NCBI RefSeq assembly: GCF_009834535.1
Contig: NC_045696.1
Location: forward strand, 53,446,001-53,510,000
DNA length: 64,000 nucleotides
Reading direction: 5' to 3'
DNA from: Camelus ferus
Lineage: Eukaryota
Shown here piece after piece: positions 40,751-54,059 of the stretch. The translations under genes and the position numbers were made by a program. Position 1 is the stretch's first letter. Every line of letters starts with the position of its first letter. A model generated the notes under the pieces. The model did no database searches, was not told where the DNA came from, and saw nothing but the letters and a program-made list of their open reading frames with translations.

Positions 40751-41200
40751 CCTCCTAGAAATGAGTCCACAACTCAGAAACAATCCAGGGTTGAGGAAAA
40801 TGGAAGACCTAGGCTCAATGAAGGATCTATTCTTAATTTGCTGATGATTCCTGGGAAATCCATTCATAAGATACTAAACAAGCATGGACAGATATCATCT
40901 TTTTACTTAGTTGCTACAAAAGGTTTTCTTGAATATCTAACTTTGATACCTAGATTCAAGCCATTCCTGTTGCAATACTCATCTTTCTTGGGTTCCTGGG
41001 AAATAACTTCTTTGGTAATGTTTGAAATTCTGGAAGTGTTGGAACCCAACATTTTTCTTTCCTCAGACCCAGCTATTGAAGAGTTACAGATTCTTCTTGC
41101 TCTTCCCTCATCTTCTAATGAGCTGCCCATCAGCCACATTCTCCTGGCTCCCTGAATATGAGGGCTCTTTTCAGACTGTTGGTTCTGGGAATCTGTCTGT
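40751..41200 (-). other. Candidate 450-nt exon of an unidentified transcript
   Basis: Acceptor atttttactcag and donor AGG|GTAAGA on the minus strand. One frame is open for ~98 codons, then hits stops. No homologue recognised. Confidence 0.25.
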
Positions 41201-42814
41201 CTGAGTAAAAATTATAACTCTACCATTTACCCTATGACAACTAATTTTTCTGCCTCAGTTATAAGGAGGGACAGTTACATTTTTGCCTTAAAATAATGGC
41301 ATAAAGTGGGCTTAGTAGTGAGGTTAGCACTGAGTGAGATTTCAATGAATGCTTATTATTAATAAAATCATCTATAATAGTCCTTGTACTCTCCAACTCT
41401 ACGTTGACCTCCACCCCCAAGGACCTATCCTCTTAACCTACTTCTTTCTAAGATTCTGACTGATACTGCCTTACCTAAATTAGATAGAGGCAAGTGCCAT
41501 TTCTTCCTTAACACTTAGCTATAGTGTTTACCATATAAGCAAACTGACAGCTTTGGTACCTGCCAAAGAGAGCATATATTCAGATGTGTGAAGAGGAGAA
41601 TTGCTGGGGAAGGGAGAGCAAAGAGGGTGGTAGGTGATGAGAAATGCTGAATTTTCCACACTGGTGGTTAACACTTAGTCACCATTTAATTACTCAGCAA
41701 TATATTTCACTTTGAGTCTATAAACTCAAATTTTTGCTATGTTTATATGACATGCCTAATCTGCAGCACCATAGTTGATTCTTTTTCTTCCCTTCTTTTC
41801 CTCTGCCATATTAGCAAGTGATAGCCAAACAATTAATCACAGCTAGACAACGGTGCTCTAAACAAGCTGTCAAAGAAGCTAAAATAACTAGACCAGCTAT
41901 GGCACAATCTGCTTATTTTCAGTTGTCTAAGCATGGCCTGAATCTCTCATTCCATTTAGTTCTTTGTTAACTCTTACCTTCCTGAAATGTAGTTTTCCTG
42001 TTTTTATTGAATAAGTAGGGGATGGCAAAAGAAACAAGAGTATAGAAAAGTTAAGTACAGTTACTTGCTAGAATTGTATGGCAGATGCTTAGGTGACATG
42101 ACAACTAGTTGTGTCCAAGCAAACACACAAAGGACTAGCCCTGTCCCTCAGACTCATGATCAAAAACTTCTAGGTGCATTAATGAGGTGTCTGGCTTAAG
42201 TATTCAGTGTGTCAGCACATCATCCTTTCCTTTATTATTTCTTTTCTTTTCCCAGGAAATAGCAAAGGAAAGGCTGCTCACCTCCACAGGGATCATGTAT
42301 GACAAATTTTATTCTAAAGGTAAATTTACAAGGAAAATGTGTGACACCAAATATGTAGAGAGACTTGGAAAGCAAGCAGTGTGTCAGCCCAAATGGTAAC
42401 GAAGTACCTAATGAGCAGCAGCTTTCTAATGAGTAAAACCAAAGTGACAAAAGTACACGAGGACTGGGCTGAAAATGGAATGGTAATCAAGTTAGCAAAA
42501 ATAGAATAATACTAATCCTAATTTATAGAGAATCCAGAATAAAAAGTAGGGAGCTTTGCTATTAGTAGATGTATTAAATAATGTTCTTTTTCCCTCCTCA
42601 AATTCTTCTCATAGTGAGAGGCCATCATGGTCATAGGAGTCAGAGACATTGCCTGATCAGTGTCATCAAAGGTGGTGTTTTACATATCACCCACTTCCCA
42701 CTTAAGAAGTATCCATGAAGATGCTTTTTTTCAGAAAAGTGTTCTTCCTGCCATAATGGCTTATTTTATCCTTTTCATATTTGGAATCTCATTTTGATTT
42801 ATAGGTCCATCTTA

Positions 42815-43240
42815 TTTTGACTTTTCCAAGAAACACCCTCTGAGACAAGGATTAGAGTAAAAATAAAGTATTCAGAAAGGGCAGACAACACTGGCAAAGA
42901 AGTGGTGAAGGGATTTAGAAAATGGAAGGAGATGAACAAGTTGCCACAGTAGGCTACTGAAACTTAATCTCACAGAGAGACTCTGGGAAATGAGGAAAAC
43001 CCATGCCTTAGAACAGTCATTCCCAAGTGATGGGGGAGTAGGGATATTTGTATACCAGCCATTGCTTGTCTTTGGTTGAGGCTGCTCTGGGGTGTTAAGT
43101 TCTCAGCATTTCTATCTGCTTTCCGAAATTCTAGGGGAAAGAGTCCTAGACCCAGACGTAGGTATGGTCACCAGCATGCTGGCTGGAACGTATTGAAAGG
43201 TTTAGGCAACGTGGGCAGAGCACTGATAGCACCTACTCCA
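42815..43240 (-). mobile_element. Ancient ERVL-type LTR fragment (LTR16/LTR33-like)
   Basis: ttccaagaaacaccctctgagacaaggattagagt resembles the reverse 3' end of these LTRs. Heavily diverged. Confidence 0.45.
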
Positions 43241-43479
43241 GTATTACTAGTTTGGTTTTGACATCAATAAGGGAAGAATAAAAAAAGAGGATAATATCTA
43301 ACAACTGTAGAACAGCACATGTATTTTTGTACACTTGTCTTACCCTTTGTCCACTTACCTTTGTTCCCGTTTTCTCCTTACCTTATTTTTATACATTTTA
43401 TATTTGTATCCATTTGTATAAGTTTCCCTGTATCATTTTTAGAAAGAGACTGAGTGCAAACTAACAAAAAGGCTCAGTG

Positions 43480-43990
43480 ATTAATTCAGCAGTTATATAT
43501 TAAATACCTACTATGTGCCAGGCACTGTTATTGGCACTGAAGACAAAGCAGTTGCCAAAATACGTAGAACATCCTCCTTATAGTCTATTTGGTCTCCCCG
43601 AAGAACTAGAATTATGTAATTCAATTAAATAAAATCTATAAAAGATCTGATAATCTTCCCAGTATCTTCTAGGAAGGAGATTCTGAAAGTTGCATTACTT
43701 TTATTTCCTCTTGGTAGTTCCACCAGTTAGCATATAAAGCTTACATGAGATTTTAAATATGAAGAACAGATTAGATATCTACAGTCCATTCAGATTCATT
43801 ATAGAAAGCATTGGCTAATTGTGTTTTTAGTTGTAGCCTTTTGGTACTGTTTTTTAATTAATTTAAAAAGTATGAGAACCTACTTTGTGCCTTGTATTAC
43901 ATTACACTCTGGGAATAGAAAGATGAACAATACATGATTTCTTCCTTCAGGGAGCTTACAAGCTGTCTGGAAGAATGACAAGCAAAGAGA
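43480..43990 (-). mobile_element. LINE-2 fragments (two pieces, ~43480-43580 and ~43870-43990)
   Basis: tattaaatacctactatgtgccaggcactgtt...gaagacaaagcagt and ctctgggaatagaaagatgaaca...ccttcagggagcttaca. Confidence 0.7.
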
Positions 43991-45164
43991 CAAGAATAAC
44001 AAGAGCAGCGCCAGAGCGAGGGTATGGAGCATCGTGGTACATGACCTACATTGTTGCTTACATAGCATCAGGTATTATTTCTGTCAGTCCAAATTTAGGG
44101 AGGCAGTATTTTAAAAGCAGAGATCTTTCCTACTTTAACTGTGGCTGAATTGAGCTAACTATGACTGTGTTCAAAATGATATGGTCCTGTCAGAATAGTA
44201 TTTGATAACCTCCTTTAAACATCTATCTGTCTAATACAGATATAACAACTTGTCCCCACCCCGGTTTCACAAAAAAATGGACTCAAAACTACCATAGCCC
44301 TGCAGCCTTACCACGAATCATTCTCCCTAACAAGTTTCTGACATGGCACTTAGATATAGAAAGGTTGGGTAAAGCTGTTTGTTGTTACACATTCAATGAA
44401 AACTACTTTATAATCTTCATTTAGAGAGTCTTAGGTAGGTCAAAGACTGATAATGCCAGAAACTCAACAAAAGCACAGCACTTTAATTAGAAACAACTCT
44501 GTTCCACCAGTGTCACTTGTGGATACCTAGAAAAGGACCATGCCCTCCCCATAAAAACAGAGTTTACTGTGTTTTAAGAAGTTCAAAATAGATACTGGGA
44601 TCAGTTTTTAGGCCTCCTTGCAGAATGTGGCTAATTATGGGACATACGCATTACAGAACACTTACCCTAATTGGTCATATTTGTTTAAGTTCTGGGGTCC
44701 CTAGATAAAATTTAACAAAAACCTCTTAATATTTATATAGACCTGAAGTGGAAATGGTTGCCTCCCTTTAGAATCTCAAAATGAGTATATAAATACTGGT
44801 TTTCAAAATAGACACAGGAGTTGGAGGAGTAAGGAGAAACTAAGCTCAGGGTGAGGTCAGCATTATGGTGCCATGAATAAGTTCCCTTTTTCTCTCATTC
44901 GATGTACAGTTAATGGACATCCATAACCAAACCAAAAGCCACCTCTGCACACCATATTAGGACACTCAAGAGATCCATCCATGGGTGCATCTGAAACTGG
45001 GTGGATTAGACCATGGAGGAGGCAGCAGAGTGAGGTAAGTGGCACCAGCTGGGGCGGTGATGCCACAGAAGGTAGTGGCTGGTCACTAGCAGCGCTACCT
45101 CCTCTAGCAGTGAGCCAGTGAGCAGGGGGAGGGGGCGGGGGAGGAGACTGCTAGAAAGTAAAGA

Positions 45165-47555
45165 AAGTTTCCAAAAGCCAAAAGTTGGTTGAGAAGGTTA
45201 TCAAAATCGATATAGCCCTAGAGGTTATCACCAAAAATCCTATACACAAAAATGATGGTAACAACAAACAACAAATTAAATAACTTAGATGAAATGGTCA
45301 AATGTATTAGAAGTACAGTTTATCAAAATCAGCACTATGTTGTTATCAAAAACCTTTTTTCCTAAAAGAAAACTCCAGATACTAGTAGTTTCACTAATGA
45401 ATTCTATCAGACACACTAGAAAGAAAAAAAATTTTCTTACACATATTTTTCCAGAGAATGGAGATGGAATAAACACTTGTTTAATGAGGCCAGTATAAAC
45501 CTAACACTAAAATCTGGCAAAGACATAGTGAACAAAAAACTTACAGGCTGATGTCACTCATAAATATAGATGTAAAATTTTTTAACAAAATATTAGAAAA
45601 TTAAGTCATATATATAGCAGGTATAGATGTTAACATATGAGTAAGTGAGGTTTATTACAGAAATGTAAAGTGGAAACACTTGAAAAATCAAAGTGATCTA
45701 CCATATTAACAGTAGAAAGCAGAAAGTTTCAGAAAGAAGCACTATCCCTACTTGCAGTTGGTATGACTGTTTTCATAGACAGTTCCAAGAAATCTATGAA
45801 ATAATTTCTAAAATAAATAAATTTAGCAGTATCATAGCGCTCACAGTTAATGTAAAAAACAATTGTATTCTTGTAAATTAAGAACAGACATGGGAAAGTA
45901 ACTTGCTTTTAAAATTCCATTTACAATAGCACTAAAAACAAACAAACCAAAAAAGCATACACTTAGAAATGTGTTCCACCTTTCTCTACAGACAAAACTA
46001 CAAAACATTTCTTTGAGAAATTATAGATCCAAATTATAGAGAAATCTACCATGTTCATTGACTTAAAGACTCATGTTTTTTAAGATAGCAGTTTTCCCCA
46101 AATCTCCCTTTAGAGTTGACACCATCTCCATAAAAATTCCAGAGATTTTTTGGGTAGAAGTTGACAAGTCAATTCTAAAATTTAGATGGAAATACAATGG
46201 ACCTAGGAAAGCAGAACAATTTTTAAAAAGAACTATAATTAAGGACATGCTGAACTTCATTTCAAAACTAATTGTAAGGCTAATGGTCATCAACAGTTTG
46301 ATATTTGTGAAAAGAAGGACGTATATAATAATGGCACAGAATAGAGTGCAGAAGTGAATCCACACATACATAATAAAATGATTTTCCTCAAAGATGCCAA
46401 AGCAGTTCTGATAGGGGAAGATACGTCTTTTCAACAAATGGTGAGGGAACAGCTGGGTATCTATATAGGAGAAAACAATTAACTCTTACTTCAAATCATC
46501 TACAAAAATTAACTTGAAATGGATCATAGCCCTAAATATAAAATTTAAAACCATAAAACTTTTAAATATAAATAAAAGTGATAGGCTTTGTGACCTTGGA
46601 GTAGTTTAAAGTATCTTACATAGACCACAAAAAGCATAAAACATGAAATAAAACTTGGTACATTGAACTTTACTGAAATTGGAAACTTATTCTTCAAAAA
46701 ATTCCATTAAGAGACAGAAGATGCAAGCCCTAGATTGGGAAAGATATTTACAGGCAAAGAAATTGTACATGGAATAGATAAAGGAATCTTACAACTCGAT
46801 AAGATGAGCACACTAAAACATGGACAAAATATTTAAACGTAGCCATTAAGCACATAAACATTTACTCAACATCATTAGTCAACTGCAAATTAAACCCACA
46901 ATGAGATATCACTACACACTTTCTGGAATTGGCCAGAATGTGGAGCAACTGGAATTTTCATATGCTGGTGGGTGAAATACAAAATGCTAAAACAATTTTG
47001 AAAAATGCTGTAGTAGTTTCTTAGAAAGTTAAACATATAATTCTTTTATGATCCTCTCATTCTACACATAGGTATTTTACCCAAGAAAAATGAAAACATA
47101 TGTCTACATAAAGCCTTGTGCATCAGTATTCATAGCCGCTTAATTTGTAATAGCTTAAAACTGGACACAACCCAAATTTCCATCAAGAGGTGACTAAATG
47201 AATAGATTATATTATATTTATGCATGTAATACTACTCAGAAATAAAATTTATTCCTGTATACAAAAATTCAGCATCATTATGTTGAGTAGAAAAAGCCAG
47301 ACAAAAAGAATACATCCTGGATGAATCCATTTAGATAAATTTCTGAAAAAGAAATTAGCAGATCAGTGGTTGCCTAAGGATAGGGGTTAGAACAGGAATG
47401 CATTACAAATGAGCAGGAGGAAACTTGGAGGTGATGGAAAGGTTATTTTGATCGTAGTGATGGTTTCGTAGGTGTATACACATATGTCAAACCCCAGCAA
47501 ATTGTACACTTTAAATATGTAGTGTATTAAAAATCAGTTAGACTCAATAAAGTCC
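45165..47555 (+). mobile_element. Old 5'-truncated LINE-1 (L1MC/MD-type), ORF2 pieces plus 3' UTR
   Basis: ORF 46073-46357 (SIKIPEIFWVEVDKSILKFRWK..GPRKAEQFLK) is ORF2-like. 3' UTR gatcagtggttgcc...ggaggtgatggaa...aattgtacactttaaatatgt...caataaag. Confidence 0.9.
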
Positions 47556-48319
47556 ATATGAATGTCCAGAATCAATATTAATTTTTTGCTGAAGTTAAAA
47601 TACACTTGTGCCATTTTCTAAATAAGTTTCATGCTCTCAAAAAATTTTTGTCAAGGCACGCCCAAATACTGTGGCATTATTTCCATTTTTACAAATCAAG
47701 TATATATTTTATAGCAATTTTAAAATACAAGCCAAATTTAAGTTTCCAAGGGGACACTTGGACTTCAAAAGAATCATACATACAAATTTGCATTTTTTCT
47801 TACCAATTGTAAAACATTTATTTTAACAACCCTGGCCATCCATCAACTCATAAATAGACATTGATGAGAATACTACCCCTCAAAATTTATCTAAAATGTG
47901 TAGTGACATCAACCTCTACCTCTCTCAACTTCTGGGCCACAGGCATCAAAACCTCAAGTGGCTTCTCTGACTGCTGAGTTTTACTTTCTTCTTATAGGGG
48001 ATTATTCTGCTTATCCTCTGATCCATTAAGAGCCAGGTAGGAACACTAGTCAGCAAGAAACACAGAAATAGGATAGAGAAATATGAAGACACTCAGAAAA
48101 TTATTTAGGGAGAACTGGGAAATGTCAAGGAACTAAATAAATCCTAGGCATTTCTGACCTGTGCTTCTGAGGTTTTATGGTGTTGTCTTTAGCACACACT
48201 GGAGACCCTAATGGTATTACCCACGTACTTCTGCCAAAAGTAGTAGCTATAAAAGCTTCCCTAGGCCTGGGTTTCTCCCTTTTTTTCCCTTATTTACTCT
48301 ATAGTTTTCATAAATACGT

Positions 48320-48960
48320 ATCTATTTTTTCTGATTATGAAAGTTATATATAGTTTATATGAATGTGTTATGCATATATATTTATTTATTATAAATACAT
48401 GATATAGACATATGATAGGGAAAATTTAAACCCCCTGTAATTTCATTAATTATTTGGTATGTATCTCTTCATTTTTAATGCAATTTTCTGTTTTTGTAAA
48501 ACAATGTATACACACATATGCACCCTACACACACTTTATCCTTTTTAAAAAATTTTATAAGATAAGACTATACCTTCTCTTCTTTGCTTCTTTTCACTTA
48601 ACAGTACATCTTGGAGATTTGTCCATATATGGATATAGATTCATCTTATTTTTTATATCAAGTATATACTAGCCTATTATATGCATATTCCAAAATTGAT
48701 CTAATTAATCCTTTATTAATTGAGATTATTTATAATTTTTTGCTATTGTGATGAATGCTGGAATGAGTACTTTATGTATGTGTGTGTATCATCATATACC
48801 TCTATGACTATTTCTGTGTGAATGTTACATAACAAGAATTGCTGAATCAAAGAAAATCTATTTTAAATTTTAATAAGTATATTTAATTTGTTTTAAAAAT
48901 GATTGTACCAATTTTTACATTTCTCCCCATATTAGAAGAAAATTTTCCATATCATTGTCT
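48320..48960 (-). mobile_element. Very old LINE-1 3' fragment (L1ME-type)
   Basis: ttttcacttaacagtacatcttggagatttgtccatat...ttttgctattgtgatgaatgctggaatgag...aattgctgaatcaaag...gattgtaccaattt. Confidence 0.75.
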
Positions 48961-49713
48961 GATTGTTTAGGTGTACATTGGACAGCTAAGTCACTGTCCT
49001 CCTTTACGGCTCTTCCACAAAATTTAAAGTAAAGCAACTCTTCAGCTAAAATGTTCATTGCATTGCACACTTGTGAACTCTACAGAATCCACAAGTGGTT
49101 ATGCTAATATTCAAAGTATACCATACATGACCTGAGATGTGAGTGGATCTCCTCTGCACAGTCAGTTCTAGAACACAAAATGACCTTTATCATGTTGCTT
49201 CTTTTTTTTTTTTTAAGTCTATTTCATATACCAATATGTAGAAGAACCACCAAATTCCATATTTCACAGAAAAGTACACAGGAACACTCAGTTGCCTTGA
49301 ACTTTCATCCTAACACCTTTGGACACACACACAAAAAGAAAGGATTCAAGTACTGTTACTTCATCAGCTTCTCTGCTGGACAAAGGTGTCTTTGCTGATG
49401 AAGTGGAAACGCTTTGCCAGCCCATACTCCATTGTCTTCAGAAGCTATTCTGAATGGGAGCCACTGCCATTATGTGAATAAGTCATGCATGATCCCTGGA
49501 TATATTATCAGCCCCTTGTGGAACATTTTTACCAGTGATGAAATGTTATTGTTGTCAGTGTCAGACATTCAGTCTTTATCAGTCTCTTTCATGACAGCCC
49601 TCGTTACTCAGGCAGACTTGGGACAACTTCAAGGTGAGAACTTTCAATACAAGGTCAAGTGGACCAAGTTTCTTTCCTATCCACTGCTCAACCATTTCCT
49701 TTCCCTTTCGTCA

Positions 49714-49741
49714 TGACTCACAGATAAGCCCCTCTTATCTG
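49714..49741. promoter_or_regulatory. AP-1 site abutting an inverted pair of GATA sites (candidate enhancer core)
   Basis: TGACTCA CAGATAAG cccct CTTATCTG. Motif match only. Confidence 0.35.
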
Positions 49742-49944
49742 CACTGGGAGGAGTGCAATGGTAACGTCATTCTGCTGTGATCCTAGAACCATCTAAATAA
49801 TAGAAATTTACAATTCCTCACTGTGTCTTCCCTAATGACTTTAATTATGTCCATAAATGTTGACAGACATCCACAGAATTCCTGTGGAAGCAGTGTTGCA
49901 CATTAACAACACTCAATGGCTTTAGAACCATAAATATTTTTTTT

Positions 49945-50110
49945 TCAGATTTGAACTATATGAACTTTGGCCAACTACTTAACACCTCTGGGCCAGAACG
50001 CTCATCTCCAAAATGATCAAATGCAACCTTCCTTGCAAAACTTTTATGAGATTTAAATGTGATAATGTATATACAAATACCTTGTTCATTATCTGGATCA
50101 TTAATTGGAG
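49945..50110 (+). mobile_element. MIR SINE
   Basis: tgaactttggccaactacttaacacctctgggcc...ctcatctccaaaatg...atgagatttaaatgtgataatgtat. Confidence 0.75.
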
Positions 50111-50964
50111 TCAAACAAATGTTTGCTTTTTGCTTCTGTTCCATTCTTACAGTGCTTTGTGGCAAATACTGCCACAACATCTTTATGATTATCTTGACCC
50201 AAAATTAATGGTATCTTTGGGAATGGAAAAAAAAATCTTTATCCAGGTGTTTCTTATAGTTTACTAAAACCTGAAGCATTCATATCAGAGCTAAGACCCC
50301 CAGTATAATTGCTCCTTTGTCCCTCACTCCTAACTTTTTTTTGCCCATCTGGTTCTGACTCACAGCTCTTTATGGATCACAATAGGGTGCTGAGAGGTGC
50401 TCTTAGGGTTTAGAGGACTGCCTGGAATACACACATGAACATGCCAGAATGTCAGCTCTCCACATTTAAACTGGCAGACTGGACATGCATTATGTGTAAT
50501 TAGGCAACTATCAGAATGATGATGACAGCCCTTCAGTCTCAGAGGAGCAAGGCAGAATTGATGGAGTTCACAAACTCACTGTGGGACTGAATGGGAACAG
50601 CTCTTCGATGGCAACAGATCCTTCATGGGAAAACACAAGACCAAAGGAAACATCTTCTCACATAGTGTATGTGATCTACCATTTTCTACTCTTAATCACA
50701 AATAAATGCATACATCATAAAGTAAGGGTGCTCAGGACTGAATTCTCTGTAAGAAGCTTCTGATCAATGAACTGATACATATACCAATGAAATGCCATAT
50801 GATAGAAAATATTTCAGGTTAACACTAGTCAGATTTAGTTGCTAGCAGTATGTATTTAAGGGCATACTGACTGTGAGTGAAAAGATTAAGTGACTATAAA
50901 AGCAGTTACTGTTACTATTGCTGAAGAGTGGTTTATAGAGTATAATGTCATGCTGACTGTGCGG

Positions 50965-51130
50965 GTAGAGTAGCGAGCACTTTACATGGATTATTTCATG
51001 TAATGCTCAGAACAGCTCTTTGAAGTAGCTACTATGACAATTTGAATGGAAGATGAGGAAACTGAGTCTGGTGGAAATTGTCCATTATTACGCAGTTAGC
51101 AGGCATGCACTTTGAATCTACACCTAAATG
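50965..51130 (-). mobile_element. MIR fragment
   Basis: agcactttacatggattatttcatgtaatgctcagaacagctctttgaagtag...agatgaggaaactgag. Confidence 0.75.
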
Positions 51131-51692
51131 ATTACAAAGGACTTTTAAAAATTTTTGTTAAATGTGTACACATGATACAATTAATGTTGCAACAACTGTC
51201 GTGTTATCTGAGGAGGAAAAAGAGGTAGGTTTCTTAAACTGTGAAATCACTCACATAATGCAAAAAAATACTGTTACTTATGGAATTCATTCATTCCTGA
51301 AAAAATTATTGAGTATCTACTATACAAAAAACCCTGATAGACATCTCTGAATTAGGGTCAGAAAAAAATCCAAGATTAACAACTACAGAGACCCGAGAGA
51401 AGGCATAAACAAAATATTCTTAATGTTCAGGTATTTAGGTTTTGCCATGTGTTATTCATTGAAAAAAACCCCAAATATTTGTTACGGTAAATATCACTAT
51501 TAACTATTCCATGATGATAACTACTTTATAAATGGAGCCCTCAGAAATTTATCACATAGAAACAATTATCTGGGACTCAACAATCTAGCAACAAAGTTAG
51601 AAACAGTATTAAGTGACTCACTTCTCCCACGGTGGGGAAAAAAAATGAATTCTTATATCACTTAAAGCTATTAGTATAAAGAATACATTCTC

Positions 51693-52326
51693 TCTGGATA
51701 TATGCCCAGGAGTGGGATTGCTGGAACTCTAATTTGAAAAGACACATGAACCCCAATGTTCATAGCAGCACTATTTACAATAGTCAAGACATGGAAACAA
51801 CCTAAATGTCCATCAACAGATGATTGGATAAAGAAGCTGTGGTATATGTATACAGTGGACTACTACTTGGCCATAAACAATAATAAAATAATGCCATTTG
51901 CAGCAACATGGATGAAACTGGAGAATGTCATTCTAAGTGAAGTAAGTTAGAAAGAGAAAGAAAAATACCATATGATATCACTCATATGAGGAATCTGAAA
52001 AAGGAAAAAAAGTGGACACTAATGAACTCATCTACAAAACAGACTAGCAGACATAGTAAGCAATATTATGTTTACTGGGAGGAAGAGGGTGGGAAGGGGT
52101 AAAATGAAAGTTTGAGATATGCAAATATTAACTAGCATATATAAAATAGATAAAACAACAAGTTTCTCTTGTATAGCACAGGGAACTATATTCAATATCT
52201 TGTAATAACCTTTAGTGAAAAATAATATGAAAACAAATATATGTATGTATATGCATGCCTGGGACATTGTGCTGTACATCAGAAGTTATTAACACAGTGT
52301 AACTGACTGTACTTTAATTAAAAAAA
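51693..52326 (+). mobile_element. 5'-truncated, 5'-inverted LINE-1 (~630 bp) with TSD
   Basis: TSD aaagaatacattctc (51678-51692) and aaagaatatattctc (52327-52341). The first ~33 bp is antisense L1; the rest is sense ORF2 end (MFIAALFTIVKTWKQPKCPS), 3' UTR and A-tail. Confidence 0.95.
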
Positions 52327-52359
52327 AAAGAATATATTCTCAACTATGTCACAAGAAAG

Positions 52360-52610
52360 TGAGCTGAGCATAGGGGTCACTAAATGATTAAAAGCCCAGG
52401 ATCTAAAACTAGGTGCTCTGGATTTGAATCCTGATGAGACCTTAGGCAAGTTATTCAACCTTTCTGGGCTTCTGTGAAGGTTGCTGAGAGGATCAAAAAA
52501 TTTAATAGATTTAAAGTGCTTAGAAAACACTTTAAATAATGGGCACATGGGAAAAACACATAGATGGTAGCTGTTGTTATTACATTGTTACTATTATTAT
52601 TATTACTTTA
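52360..52610 (+). mobile_element. MIR SINE
   Basis: ctggatttgaatcctg...gaccttaggcaagttattcaacctttctgggc...taaagtgcttagaaaac...agctgttgttatta. Confidence 0.8.
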
Positions 52611-53147
52611 AATTATTTTCTTGCTACGGTTCAGATTATTGCTTTTCATTATAAAATACCCCTTCTAGTTCTGATTTTAAAAAGAGAGAGCAAACTAAAG
52701 ACATATTCCAAATGTAATATCTATTGAAGTGTAGGATCACTAAATAAGTAAAACCTTCCGAAGGCATGTGTTCATTAATTAGCTAGCATTTTCAAAAGAA
52801 GGTAAATAATCATATGACAAAAGACAAATCAGTAACAATTATTTATATAATTTTCTTAAAGCCTCTTGTTAGTTGACTGAAATTTGTTAACCAACAACAA
52901 TGACAAAAAATAGAATAATGATGAAAGGAGGCATATGTAGGTAAAATAAAGATAGAAAATAAACCAATTACACATTTGACAAAAAAATACAGTGGACTTA
53001 CCCAGATAGCTTTGTTGTGTCCCAATTTAACTACTGTTATTATAAGTTCTGGAATACAGGGTGAACAGTGAAATTTCAGGTTTACAGGTATCCCTGAGCT
53101 CTTAAGGGTATATTAAAATGCAGAAAGATCTTAAAGACTGTGTATTG

Positions 53148-53152
<5 letters not shown>

Positions 53153-53184
<32 letters not shown>
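53153..53184. repeat. (AC)16 microsatellite
   Basis: Perfect dinucleotide run. Confidence 0.97.
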
Positions 53185-53189
<5 letters not shown>

Positions 53190-54059
53190 GTTGCTGATAA
53201 ATAACTTCTTCCTGACCATGTTCAAATACCTTTAGGAAAAAAATTTTCAGAAGGACAGTACAGGCCTTTCATTAAGTGTAAGCCTAACAAGTACAATCTA
53301 GAAAGGGATGTGGGAATTTGTCCTGATTCATCCTTGAAAAATCTGAACTAGTGTGTCTGTAGGATAAAAACGTAAGCAGCAGGAGAATGATCTTCATTAG
53401 GAAGAGAATAGAAATAAAATCCAAATCATAATTTTATATATAACACAGTCATACTTTTTTTCTCACTTAAAATGGCATACTTAATTCTGTCATCTTTTCT
53501 CAAGAAATGAAACATGGACCTGAATGGTTAAAATTGTCCAGAGGATGGCAGCAAGTACTGATACGCGCATTGTCATGGCAGACCCAACTCTAAGAACTTC
53601 TCATGCAGCCAAGATAAGGTAGGAGGGATCTGAGCCCCAAACCAGTGAAAGTCAGGAACTGGATGAAAGTGACCTTACCCACAAAATCCCATTATGATAA
53701 AATAAAGCCTCCTCTTTGGGGCTTGACGTAGTTTGTTTTTGAACTAGTTAAAGGAAGCGCTACCTTACAGAAGGGGTAGTAAACATTCCAACTTATTTCC
53801 CTAGGAGATAGAGGATGGAGACTAGTTTAGATAAATAACGAATGACAGGTTCATAAGTGTTTTGAAGAGGGAGTTGCAGGTATTTAGAGCACATCTCTCA
53901 CACTTTGAAGCAAACATGATTAAAGACACTATTATATTCTTCCACCTAAGTGCACCCCTCATATCTTCTTTTAACTACCATTCAAAAGCACTGAGATAAC
54001 AATTTTATCCACTGTGGCATCATTTGTTATATTCCATTCCTAGCTTGTTCACTCGTACA

